Shown here: in pieces, positions 45,504 through 55,202 of the stretch
Layout of the letters: every line of letters begins with the position of its first letter
Position numbering within the stretch: position 1 is the first letter of the stretch
NCBI GenBank assembly: GCA_009779845.1
Contig: WRBE01000005.1
Location: 880-64,879, forward strand
DNA length: 64,000 nt
Direction: 5' to 3'
Source: Oscillospiraceae bacterium
GTDB taxonomy: Bacteria; Bacillota; Clostridia; Oscillospirales; Oscillospiraceae
Made by a program: the position numbers and the translations under genes
Notes under the pieces: model-generated
What the model saw: the letters and a program-made list of their open reading frames with translations, nothing else
The model's database searches: none
Told to the model about the DNA's origin: nothing

Positions 45504-47606
45504 ATGGATCGTATACAAGCAACAAAAAAAGCAACCGCCCTCGTGGCGCAAATGACGATAGAAGAAGCCGCCAGCCAACTGCGTTATGACGCACCGGCCA
45601 TTGACCGTCTCGGTGTCCCGGAATACAACTGGTGGGGCGAGGCCCTCCACGGCGTGGCCCGGGCAGGGACAGCAACCAGCTTTCCCCAAGCCATCGGCAT
45701 GGCCGCTAGCTTTGACCCGGATTTAGTGCAACGCCTCGGCGATGTCTCCGCCACGGAGGCACGGGCGAAGCATAACGCTTACAGCGCCCACGGAGACAGA
45801 GATATCTACAAGGGACTCACCCTGTGGTCGCCGAATATCAACATTTTCCGTGACCCCCGCTGGGGCCGTGGGCAAGAGACCTATGGCGAAGACCCGGTGC
45901 TGACCGCCACATTGGGCTGTGCCTACGTCCGTGGTCTGCAAGGGGACGGGCCGGTGTTAAAAACGGCGGCCTGCGCCAAACACTACGCCGTCCACTCCGG
46001 ACCGGAGGCACTTCGGCACTCGTTTAACGCCATCGCCACCGAGCAAGACCTTGCCCAAACCTATCTCCCCGCCTTTGAGGCGTTGGTGACGGAGGCGAAA
46101 GTAGAATCCGTCATGGGTGCCTATAACCGCACCAATGGCGAGCCGTGCTGCGCCAGCAAGTTTCTGATGCAAGACACCCTTCGGGACAAATGGCAGTTTG
46201 AGGGCCACTATGTGTCCGACTGCTGGGCCATCCGGGACTTTCACGAGCACCATAAAATCACAGACACCCCGGAAGAGTCCGCCGCTTTGGCCCTCAAAAT
46301 GGGCTGTGACCTAAACTGCGGCAATACCTATTTGTACCTCATGAAAGCTTATGAGCAGGGGCTTGTCACAGAAGAAGACATTCGTACTTGTGCCGTGCGC
46401 CTGTTTACCACCCGCTATCTGTTGGGCATCATGGAGGGTAGCGCATTTGACCAAATTCCCTACACTGCGGTTGAGTGCCCGGAACACCTAGCCGCCGCCA
46501 GAGAAGCCACGGAGAAAGCCTGTGTTCTGCTGAAAAACGATGGCTTGTTGCCCCTTGATCTATCCAAAATTGACAACATCGCCGTGGTGGGCCCCAATGC
46601 CAATAGCAGACTATCCTTAATCGGCAACTATCACGGCACCGCTTCCCGCTATGTCACGGTGTTAGAAGGCATTCAGAACTTTGTGGGCGATGATGCGAGA
46701 GTGTTCTATTCTGAGGGTTCCCACCTGTTCCAAGACCGAGTGGAGCACCTAGCAAGACCGGGCGACCGCTTGGCAGAGGCGAAAATCGTAGCAGAGCAGG
46801 CCGATGTAGTGGTCGTAGTCGTTGGTCTTGATGCCACCATTGAGGGAGAAGAGGGCGACACCGGCAACGCCGCCGCCGCTGGGGATAAGCTAGACGTGCT
46901 ACTACCCCAGTGCCAGCGGGACATGCTAGATGCCGTCATGGAAGTGGGCAAACCCACCATCATCTGTCTCACCGCAGGCAGTGCCATTGACTTGGGCAAA
47001 CCCGGCGAACAGGCAAATGCCGTGTTAAACCTCTGGTACCCCGGTGCCCGGGGTGGTGAGGTTGCTGCGGATATCCTCTTTGGCAAAGTCTCTCCTTCCG
47101 GTAAGTTACCGGTGACATTCTACCATAATGCGCATCTGGCCAATATGCCGGACTTTACGGACTACACGGTGAAAAACCGTACCTACCGCTATCTGGAGCA
47201 ACCCGCCCAATACCCCTTCGGCTTCGGCCTTACCTATGGCGATGTGTATGTAGATGCCGCCACAGCAGAGCAAGACGGCGACCATGTCACGGTCTGCGTG
47301 GAGGTAGCAAATGCGGGCACTGTGGACACAGAAGATGTGGTACAAGTCTACTGCGACACCATAGACCGCACAAACGGGCCGAATAACCCTTGGCTGGTCG
47401 GATTCGGGCGTGTTTTCTGTCCTGCCGGGGGCCGGGCAACCATTGAAGTTTCCTGCCGCATCTCTCATTTTACCGTGGCAGACCAACAGGGCGTTCGGAC
47501 TCTGGAGGGCAACCCCGTCCTATACGTGGGCACCGGCCAGCCAGACACCCGCACCGCCGAACTCACCGGCCGCAGTGCCATGAAACTCTCTCTGGAACTC
47601 ACATGA
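45504..47606 (+). CDS. Glycoside hydrolase family 3 (beta-xylosidase/beta-glucosidase)
   Basis: 700 aa with RDPRWGRGQETYGEDP, KHYAVHSGPE, the nucleophile region GHYVSDCWAI and a C-terminal Fn3-like domain. Confidence 0.85.
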   Translation: MDRIQATKKATALVAQMTIEEAASQLRYDAPAIDRLGVPEYNWWGEALHGVARAGTATSFPQAIGMAASFDPDLVQRLGDVSATEARAKHNAYSAHGDRDIYKGLTLWSPNINIFRDPRWGRGQETYGEDPVLTATLGCAYVRGLQGDGPVLKTAACAKHYAVHSGPEALRHSFNAIATEQDLAQTYLPAFEALVTEAKVESVMGAYNRTNGEPCCASKFLMQDTLRDKWQFEGHYVSDCWAIRDFHEHHKITDTPEESAALALKMGCDLNCGNTYLYLMKAYEQGLVTEEDIRTCAVRLFTTRYLLGIMEGSAFDQIPYTAVECPEHLAAAREATEKACVLLKNDGLLPLDLSKIDNIAVVGPNANSRLSLIGNYHGTASRYVTVLEGIQNFVGDDARVFYSEGSHLFQDRVEHLARPGDRLAEAKIVAEQADVVVVVVGLDATIEGEEGDTGNAAAAGDKLDVLLPQCQRDMLDAVMEVGKPTIICLTAGSAIDLGKPGEQANAVLNLWYPGARGGEVAADILFGKVSPSGKLPVTFYHNAHLANMPDFTDYTVKNRTYRYLEQPAQYPFGFGLTYGDVYVDAATAEQDGDHVTVCVEVANAGTVDTEDVVQVYCDTIDRTNGPNNPWLVGFGRVFCPAGGRATIEVSCRISHFTVADQQGVRTLEGNPVLYVGTGQPDTRTAELTGRSAMKLSLELT

Positions 47607-48703
47607 GACCGGGGATAAACCTAGACCATGCCGCCACAACCGCTCCGGATCCCGCTGTGATCCGGGCGGTTTGTGCGTGTATGGAGCAATATGATGCCAA
47701 CCCCTCCGCCGCCTATTCCGCCGCCGGACATGGGCGGCGGGAAATCCGGCTGGCCAAAGAAACCCTCTCTGATATGCTAGGCGCAGACCGGACAGAACTT
47801 GTCTTTACCTCCGGTGGGACAGAAGCCAATAATCTGGCCCTTCGCCAAGCTGCTGGGCGACATGTGGTACTCTCTGCCATTGAGCATAAGTCCGTGCTGG
47901 AAGCGGCAAGCGCACAAGGTTGTCAAATCACCCTCGTCCCGCCGGATAACTGCGGCAAGGTTGATCCCGCCCACATCCAAGCCGCTATCCGGCCGGATAC
48001 TGCACTGATCTCTGTGCAGTTCGCCAACAACGAAACCGGCGTGTTACAGCCCATTGCCGAAATCGGTGCCATCGCTCGGCGGCACAAGGTGTTCTTCCAC
48101 ACGGATGCGGTACAGGCTTTCGGCCACATTCCTATCAGCGTGAGCGATGCTTCTATTGACATGCTAAGTGCCTCTGCCCATAAGCTCTATGGCCCCCTGG
48201 GGGCGGGGTTCCTTTATATCCGCCAAGGTGTCCCGGCACGGCCCCTCATCGCCGGTGGCGGCCAAGAGGGGGCCTTGCGTTCCGGCACGGAAAACATCCC
48301 TGCCATCGCCGGGTTCCGGGTCGCGGCAGAGCTTGCGCAAGCAGACATGCCGTCTCGTGATGAGCGGCTGCGGCAGCTTACGGATGCGTTTCTGCAACAG
48401 CTTCGGCAACACCGCCCAGAGATTTCAGCCATTGCCGAGTGCTCTGACCGGCTCCCCGGCATTCTCGCTCTGCACCTGCCCGGCGTATCCAGTGAAGCGG
48501 CCATTGCACGGCTGGACAGTGCAGGAATCCGTATATCCGGCGGCGCCGCCTGCGGTGTGGGTACTTCAAGCGCCAGCCATGTGCTTACCGCCATGGGGCT
48601 TCAGCCAGAACAGGCCAATGAAGTCATCCGCATCAGCCCCGGTCGCCATACGACAAGTGTAGAAATGCAGATGGCCGCTGAGTCGATTTGCGCACTGCTG
48701 TAG
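47603..48703 (+). CDS. Cysteine desulfurase (class V aminotransferase, NifS/IscS-like)
   Basis: 366 aa with the PLP-lysine context SASAHKLYGP and the catalytic Cys loop SGGAACG. The start overlaps the GH3 stop (ATGA). Confidence 0.8.
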   Translation: MRPGINLDHAATTAPDPAVIRAVCACMEQYDANPSAAYSAAGHGRREIRLAKETLSDMLGADRTELVFTSGGTEANNLALRQAAGRHVVLSAIEHKSVLEAASAQGCQITLVPPDNCGKVDPAHIQAAIRPDTALISVQFANNETGVLQPIAEIGAIARRHKVFFHTDAVQAFGHIPISVSDASIDMLSASAHKLYGPLGAGFLYIRQGVPARPLIAGGGQEGALRSGTENIPAIAGFRVAAELAQADMPSRDERLRQLTDAFLQQLRQHRPEISAIAECSDRLPGILALHLPGVSSEAAIARLDSAGIRISGGAACGVGTSSASHVLTAMGLQPEQANEVIRISPGRHTTSVEMQMAAESICALL

Positions 48704-48836
48704 AGTATGGGTGGCCTGCGAATGCAATGAAATCTATCTTAGGTTCTTGGCGTGTACCAAACACCAAACTGTGCAAAGGCTTGTCCTAGCACGGTTTTTT
48801 GTTTCTTGTCCTTGTCGTAGAGATATGCTATACTAG

Positions 48837-48883
48837 GATGGCGCTGGGAGGCTTCCGCCTGTCCAGTGCCATCGCATTTTATT
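48837..48883 (+). terminator. Terminator-like hairpin downstream of the cysteine desulfurase gene
   Basis: GATGGCGCTGG (48837-48847) pairs with CCAGTGCCATC (48863-48873) with one G-U pair. An inner AGGC/GCCT pairing is present, followed by GCATTTTATT. Confidence 0.5.
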
Positions 48884-48983
48884 CCGAGAAGATTAAGGGC
48901 ATCGTCCCCTAACAACGGCACACCCAAACACATTAACAATTCCCCCCTCCTTTGCATAGGATACCTCAAGGAGGGGAATTACC

Positions 48984-49352
48984 TTGGCAAATTTCCTACA
49001 CATCCCTATCGTCTTGGGGTCGATTGCAATCATCTTTTGGGTTATCTGGTCTCTGTTCGGCTCTCTCAGAACTCCGGTGCGCCCCGGTGAAAACACCGGT
49101 GTCACCACCGTCATCACCGTCCGGGACAACGGTGAGGGGTTGGAACAGACCTTAAAAAGCCTCATCTGGCTCCAAGAAAACGGTACTGTACCGGGCCAGA
49201 TTATTCTGGCGGACGCAGGGCTCAACAAAGAGGGCAAAATCTTGACTCGTCTGATTGTAAAAAAATACACAGGCGTAGTCGTTTGTAACGCAGAGGAAGT
49301 GGCACAGTGGATCGTGACGGCATCAGAGAATACCCACAAGACAACCAAATAA
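48984..49352 (+). CDS. Hypothetical membrane protein
   Basis: 122 aa with a TTG start and SD AAGGAGGGG 7 nt upstream. N-terminal TM helix IPIVLGSIAIIFWVIWSLF. Family not recognised. Confidence 0.5.
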   Translation: MANFLHIPIVLGSIAIIFWVIWSLFGSLRTPVRPGENTGVTTVITVRDNGEGLEQTLKSLIWLQENGTVPGQIILADAGLNKEGKILTRLIVKKYTGVVVCNAEEVAQWIVTASENTHKTTK

Positions 49353-51529
49353 CAGGCACAGTGGCGGCGATTATCTTCCAAAGCGAAGACAGCGGCTACA
49401 CCGTATTGCGCTTAGACACGGACGAGGATAGACAAGTGACCGCCGTTGGCACTCTGCCCTTTCTTGCGGCGGGGGAAAGCCTTTGCGCTACAGGAACCTG
49501 GGTATCCCACCCCAGTTATGGGGAGCAGTTTAAGATTCAAACAGCGGAGCGGGAACTGCCCCGTACGGAACGGACTGTTCTCGACTTTCTCGCCGGGGGT
49601 ACCATCCGGGGCGTGGGGCGGGCCACGGCAAAGGCCATTGTAGAAAAATTTGGGGCCACCGCCCTAGAGGTCATTGACGAACAGCCTGAACAACTGTCGA
49701 ATCTCAAAGGCATCACCTTGAAAAAGGCCCGTGAAATCGGGGCCGAGGTGCGGCGGCAAGCGGCCCTGCGGCTACTTATCAGTTTCCTCACCCGCCACGG
49801 GTTGTCTGCGGGCTTGTCAATCCAGCTTTACCAAGCCTTCGGCGATACGGCCCTCACCACAGTACGGGACGACCCGTATCTGTTGGCCGACCCCATGTTC
49901 GGCGGGGACTTTCATCAGGCGGATCAATTGGCCTTGTCCCTTGGCTTTGATGCGGACAGCCCCCGGCGGCTACAAGCGGCAACGCTATTTACGCTAGAAC
50001 ACAATCTTCAAAACGGCCACTGCTTTATCCCACGGGACAAGCTTGTCACCGCCGCAGCGCAGACCTTAGATGTACCACAGGCGTTGACGGAAGAGGCCCT
50101 TGATACCTTAATCGACCAAGAGCGCGTAATTTCTGACACCCTGCGGGGTGTGGATGCCTGTTATTTAGACTATGTTCACGAGGCGGAGCAGACCGTAGCA
50201 AGCACCATTCGGGCCATGGCGGACGAAAAAACTGAGAAAATAGCAGATGTGGGCACACTGTTAGAGCAGATAGAGGCCGACATGGACATCACCTATGCTC
50301 CGGAACAACAAGCTGCCGTAGAACAGGCCGCCACTGACCATGTACTCGTCCTCACCGGGGCACCGGGGACAGGGAAAACCACCGCCGTCCGGGCCATCTT
50401 GGCCTTGTTTGACCGGCTAAAACTCCGCACCGTTCTCGCCGCACCCACGGGCCGGGCCGCCAAGCGGATGAGTGAACTCACCGGCAGAGATGCCGTGACC
50501 ATCCATCGCCTTCTGGGTGCTTGCTATTCCGGCGAAGATCAAGGGATGTCCTTCGAGCGGGACGAGGCAAACCCCCTAGAGGCAGACGCCGTTATCTTAG
50601 ACGAAACCAGCATGGTGGACATCCTCCTCGCTCGCGCTTTAGTCCGGGCCCTGCCGCCCCAATGTCGGCTGGTGTTTGTGGGGGACGCAGACCAACTCCC
50701 CTCTGTGGGGCCGGGGGTGTTTTTCTCTGACATGATTCGCAGCGGGGCAGTCCCTGTGGTGCGGCTGACAGAAATTTTCCGACAGGCCAAAGAAAGCGGT
50801 ATCATCCGAAACGCCCACGCCATCAATCAAGGGCAGATGCCGGATCTAGCTCGGAAAGAGAAAGACTTTTTCTTCCTGCAACGGCTGGGGGCCATGAACA
50901 TTGTAGACACGGTGGTGGATTTAGTCGCCCGCCGTCTGCCGGAGAATATGCAGATTGACCCCCAAGACATCCAAGTTCTCTGTCCCTTCAAACGGGGCGA
51001 AGCGGGGACAATCAACCTGAACATGCGCCTACAAGAAGCCCTAAACCCATCAGCAGAGGGTAAGCCGGAGCGACGCTTTGGCGACTATGTGTTTCGCCCC
51101 GGCGATAAAGTGATGCAAATTCGCAATAATTATGATATACTATGGGAACAGCCGGATGGCACAAAAGGCTCCGGCATCTTCAACGGCGACATTGGCCGGG
51201 TGGTGGGCATTGACCCTAGAGAGGGGACAGTTACCGCCGAGTTTGACGGTAAGACCATCGTATACGCCGCCGAACAACTGGGAGAGCTGGAACCCGCTTG
51301 GGCCATGACCGTCCACAAAAGCCAAGGCAGCGAGTACCGTGCCGTGGTGTTCGTGGCCGCCGAGGGGCCACCGATGCTTTTGAACCGCACCGTCCTCTAT
51401 ACCGGCGTGACGCGGGCGCAAGAGCTGTTGATTATTGTGGGGGCCAGCGGGGTTGTTTCTACTATGGTGGAGAATATCCGCCAGCAGAAGCGGTATAGCG
51501 GCCTAAAGCTCAGATTGGCAGGTGAGTAG
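49307..51529 (+). CDS. recD2: RecD2-type SF1 ATP-dependent DNA helicase
   Basis: 740 aa with Walker A GAPGTGKTT, VILDETSMV, VGDADQLPSVGPG and TVHKSQGSE motifs. GTG start at 49307, with GTG 49361 as an alternative. Confidence 0.85.
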   Translation: MDRDGIREYPQDNQITGTVAAIIFQSEDSGYTVLRLDTDEDRQVTAVGTLPFLAAGESLCATGTWVSHPSYGEQFKIQTAERELPRTERTVLDFLAGGTIRGVGRATAKAIVEKFGATALEVIDEQPEQLSNLKGITLKKAREIGAEVRRQAALRLLISFLTRHGLSAGLSIQLYQAFGDTALTTVRDDPYLLADPMFGGDFHQADQLALSLGFDADSPRRLQAATLFTLEHNLQNGHCFIPRDKLVTAAAQTLDVPQALTEEALDTLIDQERVISDTLRGVDACYLDYVHEAEQTVASTIRAMADEKTEKIADVGTLLEQIEADMDITYAPEQQAAVEQAATDHVLVLTGAPGTGKTTAVRAILALFDRLKLRTVLAAPTGRAAKRMSELTGRDAVTIHRLLGACYSGEDQGMSFERDEANPLEADAVILDETSMVDILLARALVRALPPQCRLVFVGDADQLPSVGPGVFFSDMIRSGAVPVVRLTEIFRQAKESGIIRNAHAINQGQMPDLARKEKDFFFLQRLGAMNIVDTVVDLVARRLPENMQIDPQDIQVLCPFKRGEAGTINLNMRLQEALNPSAEGKPERRFGDYVFRPGDKVMQIRNNYDILWEQPDGTKGSGIFNGDIGRVVGIDPREGTVTAEFDGKTIVYAAEQLGELEPAWAMTVHKSQGSEYRAVVFVAAEGPPMLLNRTVLYTGVTRAQELLIIVGASGVVSTMVENIRQQKRYSGLKLRLAGE

Positions 51530-52199
51530 ATTGGGCCTTTTGACTCTCGTGTTAGACCTGTTTTTCCCGCCCCGGTGTGTGTTCTGCCGCAGATTTTTGC
51601 CACGCGGGACACAACCCCTCTGCACTGCATGTCAGAAAGACTTACCAGCACCAGAGGGACAAGCTGTGTTCCAGACCGGGGATTTTTACTCTGACTGCAT
51701 CTCGCCCCTCTATTACGAAGGGTCTGTACAAGAGAGTATTCATCGGTTTAAGTTCAATGGGTCACAGTGGTATCATCGCACTTACGGGCCGATTTTGGCG
51801 GCGTGCATCAATGAGCACTATGCAGAGCGGTATGATATCATCAGCTGGGTGCCTGTGAGCAAACACCGTCTCCGCCAGAGAGGATATGACCAAGCAAAGC
51901 TACTGGCATTGTCTACAGCAAAAGCCCTAGATGTAACGCCAATGGCCACGCTGTCTAAGGCAAAAAACGTAGCGGCCCAGTCGTCATTAGGGGGCAAAGA
52001 CCAGAGGAAAGCCAACATTTCCGGGGCGTATCAGTGTCTTGATGCAACCCTTGTGGCCGGGAAACGGGTACTACTCATTGACGATGTGGTAACTACCGGC
52101 GCAACCTTGTCAGAAAGTGCCCGGTGTCTGCTCATGGCAGGGGCGGAAGAGGTGCTTTGCGCTACACTGGCACGGACAACCGCGCAGGAAAAAGTTTAG
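51522..52199 (+). CDS. comFC: ComF-family protein (ComFC-like phosphoribosyltransferase)
   Basis: N-terminal Cys pairs CVFC...CTAC and the PRTase motif VLLIDDVVTTGATL. GTG start overlaps the recD2 stop. Confidence 0.8.
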   Translation: MSRLGLLTLVLDLFFPPRCVFCRRFLPRGTQPLCTACQKDLPAPEGQAVFQTGDFYSDCISPLYYEGSVQESIHRFKFNGSQWYHRTYGPILAACINEHYAERYDIISWVPVSKHRLRQRGYDQAKLLALSTAKALDVTPMATLSKAKNVAAQSSLGGKDQRKANISGAYQCLDATLVAGKRVLLIDDVVTTGATLSESARCLLMAGAEEVLCATLARTTAQEKV

Positions 52200-52274
52200 A
52201 ACCAGAAATTTCTGCCGATACTATATAAGGTCTGTACATTCTAGGATTTTCCAACACCCCAAGGAGGGACGGCT

Positions 52275-53300
52275 ATGTTTTTCGGACGTGATATTGGAAT
52301 CGACTTAGGCACCGCCACGGTGCTGGTCTTTGTGCGGGGAAAGGGGATTGTACTTAGAGAACCCTCGGTTGTGGCCATGGACAAAAACACAGGACGATTA
52401 CTCAAAGTCGGGGAAGAGGCACAGCGGATGCTGGGTCGAACCCCCGGCAACATCGTGGCCATCCGCCCCCTGCGGGAGGGTGTGATCTCTGACTATGACA
52501 TGACCGAGCGGATGCTCAAAGAGATTATCCGTAAAGTCACCAGTTTCTCGTTGTTCAAGCCCCGTCTGGTCATCTGCGTTCCCAGCGGCATCACGGAGGT
52601 CGAAGAACGGGCCGTCATTGACGCAGGCATCCAGGCAGGAGCACGGAAAGTGTTTCTCATCGAAGAACCCGTTGCGGCGGCAATCGGCGCAGGCATTGAT
52701 ATCGGCAAGCCTGAGGGCCATATGGTGGTAGACATCGGCGGCGGCACAACAGACGTGGCGGTCATCTCCCTGTCCGGCGTGGTGGCATCCGAGTCCATTA
52801 AAATCGCCGGGGACAGTTTTGATGAGGCATTGGTAAAATATATCAAACGCAAACACAACGTGCTCATTGGCGACAGCACCGCAGAAGAACTCAAGCGCAC
52901 CATCGGCTGTGTGTTCCCCCGGCCTGAAATGGTCTCCGTAGACGTAAAAGGCCGCTGTCTCATGACCGGCCTGCCCCGAATGGTGGCGGTGAATTCTAAC
53001 GATATGATTGAAGCTTTTGAAGAGGTCTCTGAGCGGATTTTAGAGACCATTCACTTGGTCTTAGAGAGCACGCCGCCGGAACTGGTGGCGGATATTTCCA
53101 ACAACGGCATTGTCATGACTGGCGGCGGTAGCTTGGTCTGGGGGTTTGATAAGCTAGTAGAGTCCCGCACCAGCATCACCACCCATGTGGCAGATGACGC
53201 CGTGAGCTGTGTGGCCTACGGCACCGGCAAGGCGCTGGAATCTGTCGGGGATATGCAGGATGGGACGATCAACCTGTCCCGGCGGCGACAGATGAGTTGA
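52275..53300 (+). CDS. mreB: Rod-shape-determining actin homologue MreB
   Basis: 341 aa with DIGIDLGTATVLVF, VICVPSGITEVEERA and VVDIGGGTTDVAV. Confidence 0.9.
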   Translation: MFFGRDIGIDLGTATVLVFVRGKGIVLREPSVVAMDKNTGRLLKVGEEAQRMLGRTPGNIVAIRPLREGVISDYDMTERMLKEIIRKVTSFSLFKPRLVICVPSGITEVEERAVIDAGIQAGARKVFLIEEPVAAAIGAGIDIGKPEGHMVVDIGGGTTDVAVISLSGVVASESIKIAGDSFDEALVKYIKRKHNVLIGDSTAEELKRTIGCVFPRPEMVSVDVKGRCLMTGLPRMVAVNSNDMIEAFEEVSERILETIHLVLESTPPELVADISNNGIVMTGGGSLVWGFDKLVESRTSITTHVADDAVSCVAYGTGKALESVGDMQDGTINLSRRRQMS

Positions 53301-53313
53301 TGTATCATAAAAA

Positions 53314-53356
53314 CCTCCAGTTGTAGAAAAATAGCTACAACTGGAGGCTTTTTTTG
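53314..53356 (+). terminator. Rho-independent terminator after mreB
   Basis: CCTCCAGTTGTAG / CTACAACTGGAGG stem followed by CTTTTTTT. Confidence 0.8.
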
Positions 53357-53364
53357 CTCTGATG

Positions 53365-55197
53365 CTACGGCTTCTTACGCCCTCGGCCTTTTGCATGTGC
53401 TTCCGGTTTGACCAAGCACCACTTATGAAATCCGATCAAATCCTCTCGCCCGGCTTTGCGGAGGGCTTCTAGTACTTGCTTTTTCTTCTCCGGACGGCGC
53501 CATTGGAGGAGGGCCCGTTGGAGGGTACGCTCTCGGCCTTCTTTGGCGACGTGGACGGGTTGCATGGTGTGGGGGTCTAGCCCCGTGTGGTACATGCAGG
53601 TGGACACGGTGCCGGGGGTGGGGTAGAAGTCTTGGACTTGCTCCGGGTGGCGGCCTTGTTTGTGGAGGGCTTCGGCTAAAGACACCGCATCCTTCAGGGT
53701 ACAACCAGGGTGACTGCTCATAAGGTAGGGGACAAGATATTGCTCTTTATCATATTTTTGGTTCAGCCGCCGGTATTTCTCACGGAATTTGTCGTAGACC
53801 GCCGCATGGGGCTTCCCCATGCAGTCTAGGACCCGATCCACAATGTGCTCCGGGGCCACCTTGAGTTGACCGGAAATGTGGTAGTGGACAAGTTCAGCAA
53901 AACACTCGCCGCTTGGGTCTTGCAGCAGAAAATCATACCGGATGCCGGAACGGACAAACACTTTCTTCACCCCCGGAATTTGCCGGAGTTTACGAAGCAG
54001 TTGCAAATAATCCGTATGGTCGGCGTCTAACGCCTTACAAGGCACAGGGGCGAGACACTTTTTGTCTTTGCAGAGACCGTGTTTTTTCTGCTTTGCACAA
54101 GAGGGCCGCCGGAAATTTGCCGTGGGGCCGCCCACATCGTGGACATAGCCTTTGAATGACGGGTGCTTAGAAAACGCTTCCACTTCCCGCACGACAGAGT
54201 CATGGGTACGGGCGGACACCATACGGCCCTGATGGAAACTGAGCGAACAGAAATTACAGTCCCCGAAACAGCCCCGGTTGTGGATGACGGAAAACCGCAC
54301 CTCGTCAATGGCGGGCACTCTGCCCAAGGGGGCGTATACAGGGTGGACTTCTCTGGTGTAGGGCAGATCATATACCCGGTCCAGCGCAGGGCCGTCTAAA
54401 GGCGGCATGGGCGGATTAACGACTAACAATCGGTCACCGTGGCGTTGCAGTACTGCCCGGCCCCGCACCGGATCGTGCTCCGTGACTTGCATCCGGGTGG
54501 CCTCGGCGTAGGCCTGCTTGTCGGTTTGCACTTTCTCAAAGGGGGCACATTCCAGCATGGAAAACGGACAGTCTGCCCCATCTTTGGCGATATAGGCGGT
54601 ACCCTTGATATCTCGTATCTCCGACACCGGAGTACCGCTTTTTAATCGGGCGGCGATGTCCGCTGTGGCAGCCTCTCCCATGCCGTAGACTAAGAGGTCG
54701 GCTTTGCTGTCAAACAACACACTGCGCCGCACTTTATCCGACCAGTAGTCATAGTGGGCAAACCGCCGCAAGCTGGCCTCTAACCCGCCAATAACCACAG
54801 GCAGACCGGGAAACGCCTCTCTCGCACGGCCTGCGTAGACAATGGCGGCACGGTCAGGGCGCAGGCCCGCTTTGTTGCCGGAGGAATAAGCGTCCTCGCT
54901 CCGTGGTTTTTTGGCAGCGGTGTAGTGGGCCACCATAGAATCCAGATTCCCCGCTCCAATGAACACGCCAAAACGCGGCCTTCCCATTTCTAGGAAAGCC
55001 GCCGTATTGTGCCAGTTTGGTTGTGCCAAAATTGCCACCCGGTGTCCTGCGGCCTCCAACACCCGACCGATGACCGCGGCGCCGAAACCGGGGTGGTCGA
55101 TATAGGCATCCCCGGAGACTAAGAGGAAATCATACTCCTCCCAACCCCGGTCGGCCATATCAGCCTTGGAGATGGGCAAAAAGTGTTGTCTGTCCAT
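53365..55197 (-). CDS. ygiQ: YgiQ-family radical SAM protein
   Basis: Start moved to the ATG at 55197 (MDRQHFLPISKADM...), leaving a 5-nt gap (55198-55202) after the upstream gene's stop at 55203-55205. Radical-SAM cluster motif CFGDCNFCS. About 610 aa. Confidence 0.8.
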   Translation of the reverse strand: MDRQHFLPISKADMADRGWEEYDFLLVSGDAYIDHPGFGAAVIGRVLEAAGHRVAILAQPNWHNTAAFLEMGRPRFGVFIGAGNLDSMVAHYTAAKKPRSEDAYSSGNKAGLRPDRAAIVYAGRAREAFPGLPVVIGGLEASLRRFAHYDYWSDKVRRSVLFDSKADLLVYGMGEAATADIAARLKSGTPVSEIRDIKGTAYIAKDGADCPFSMLECAPFEKVQTDKQAYAEATRMQVTEHDPVRGRAVLQRHGDRLLVVNPPMPPLDGPALDRVYDLPYTREVHPVYAPLGRVPAIDEVRFSVIHNRGCFGDCNFCSLSFHQGRMVSARTHDSVVREVEAFSKHPSFKGYVHDVGGPTANFRRPSCAKQKKHGLCKDKKCLAPVPCKALDADHTDYLQLLRKLRQIPGVKKVFVRSGIRYDFLLQDPSGECFAELVHYHISGQLKVAPEHIVDRVLDCMGKPHAAVYDKFREKYRRLNQKYDKEQYLVPYLMSSHPGCTLKDAVSLAEALHKQGRHPEQVQDFYPTPGTVSTCMYHTGLDPHTMQPVHVAKEGRERTLQRALLQWRRPEKKKQVLEALRKAGREDLIGFHKWCLVKPEAHAKGRGRKKP

Positions 55198-55202
55198 GGC
55201 CG

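Noticed and set aside
48806-48834. Promoter-like TTGTCC-17-TGcTATACT (extended -10) upstream of the 48984 ORF.
   Set aside because: A terminator-like hairpin begins only 3 nt downstream of the -10. A transcript from this promoter would therefore lack part of the left arm. I could not decide between promoter and coincidence, so it is not reported as a feature.
48739-49381. Minus-strand ORFs 48739..48969 and 48893..49381.
   Set aside because: They overlap a leader region and the SD-led plus-strand genes. They have no SD and implausible composition.
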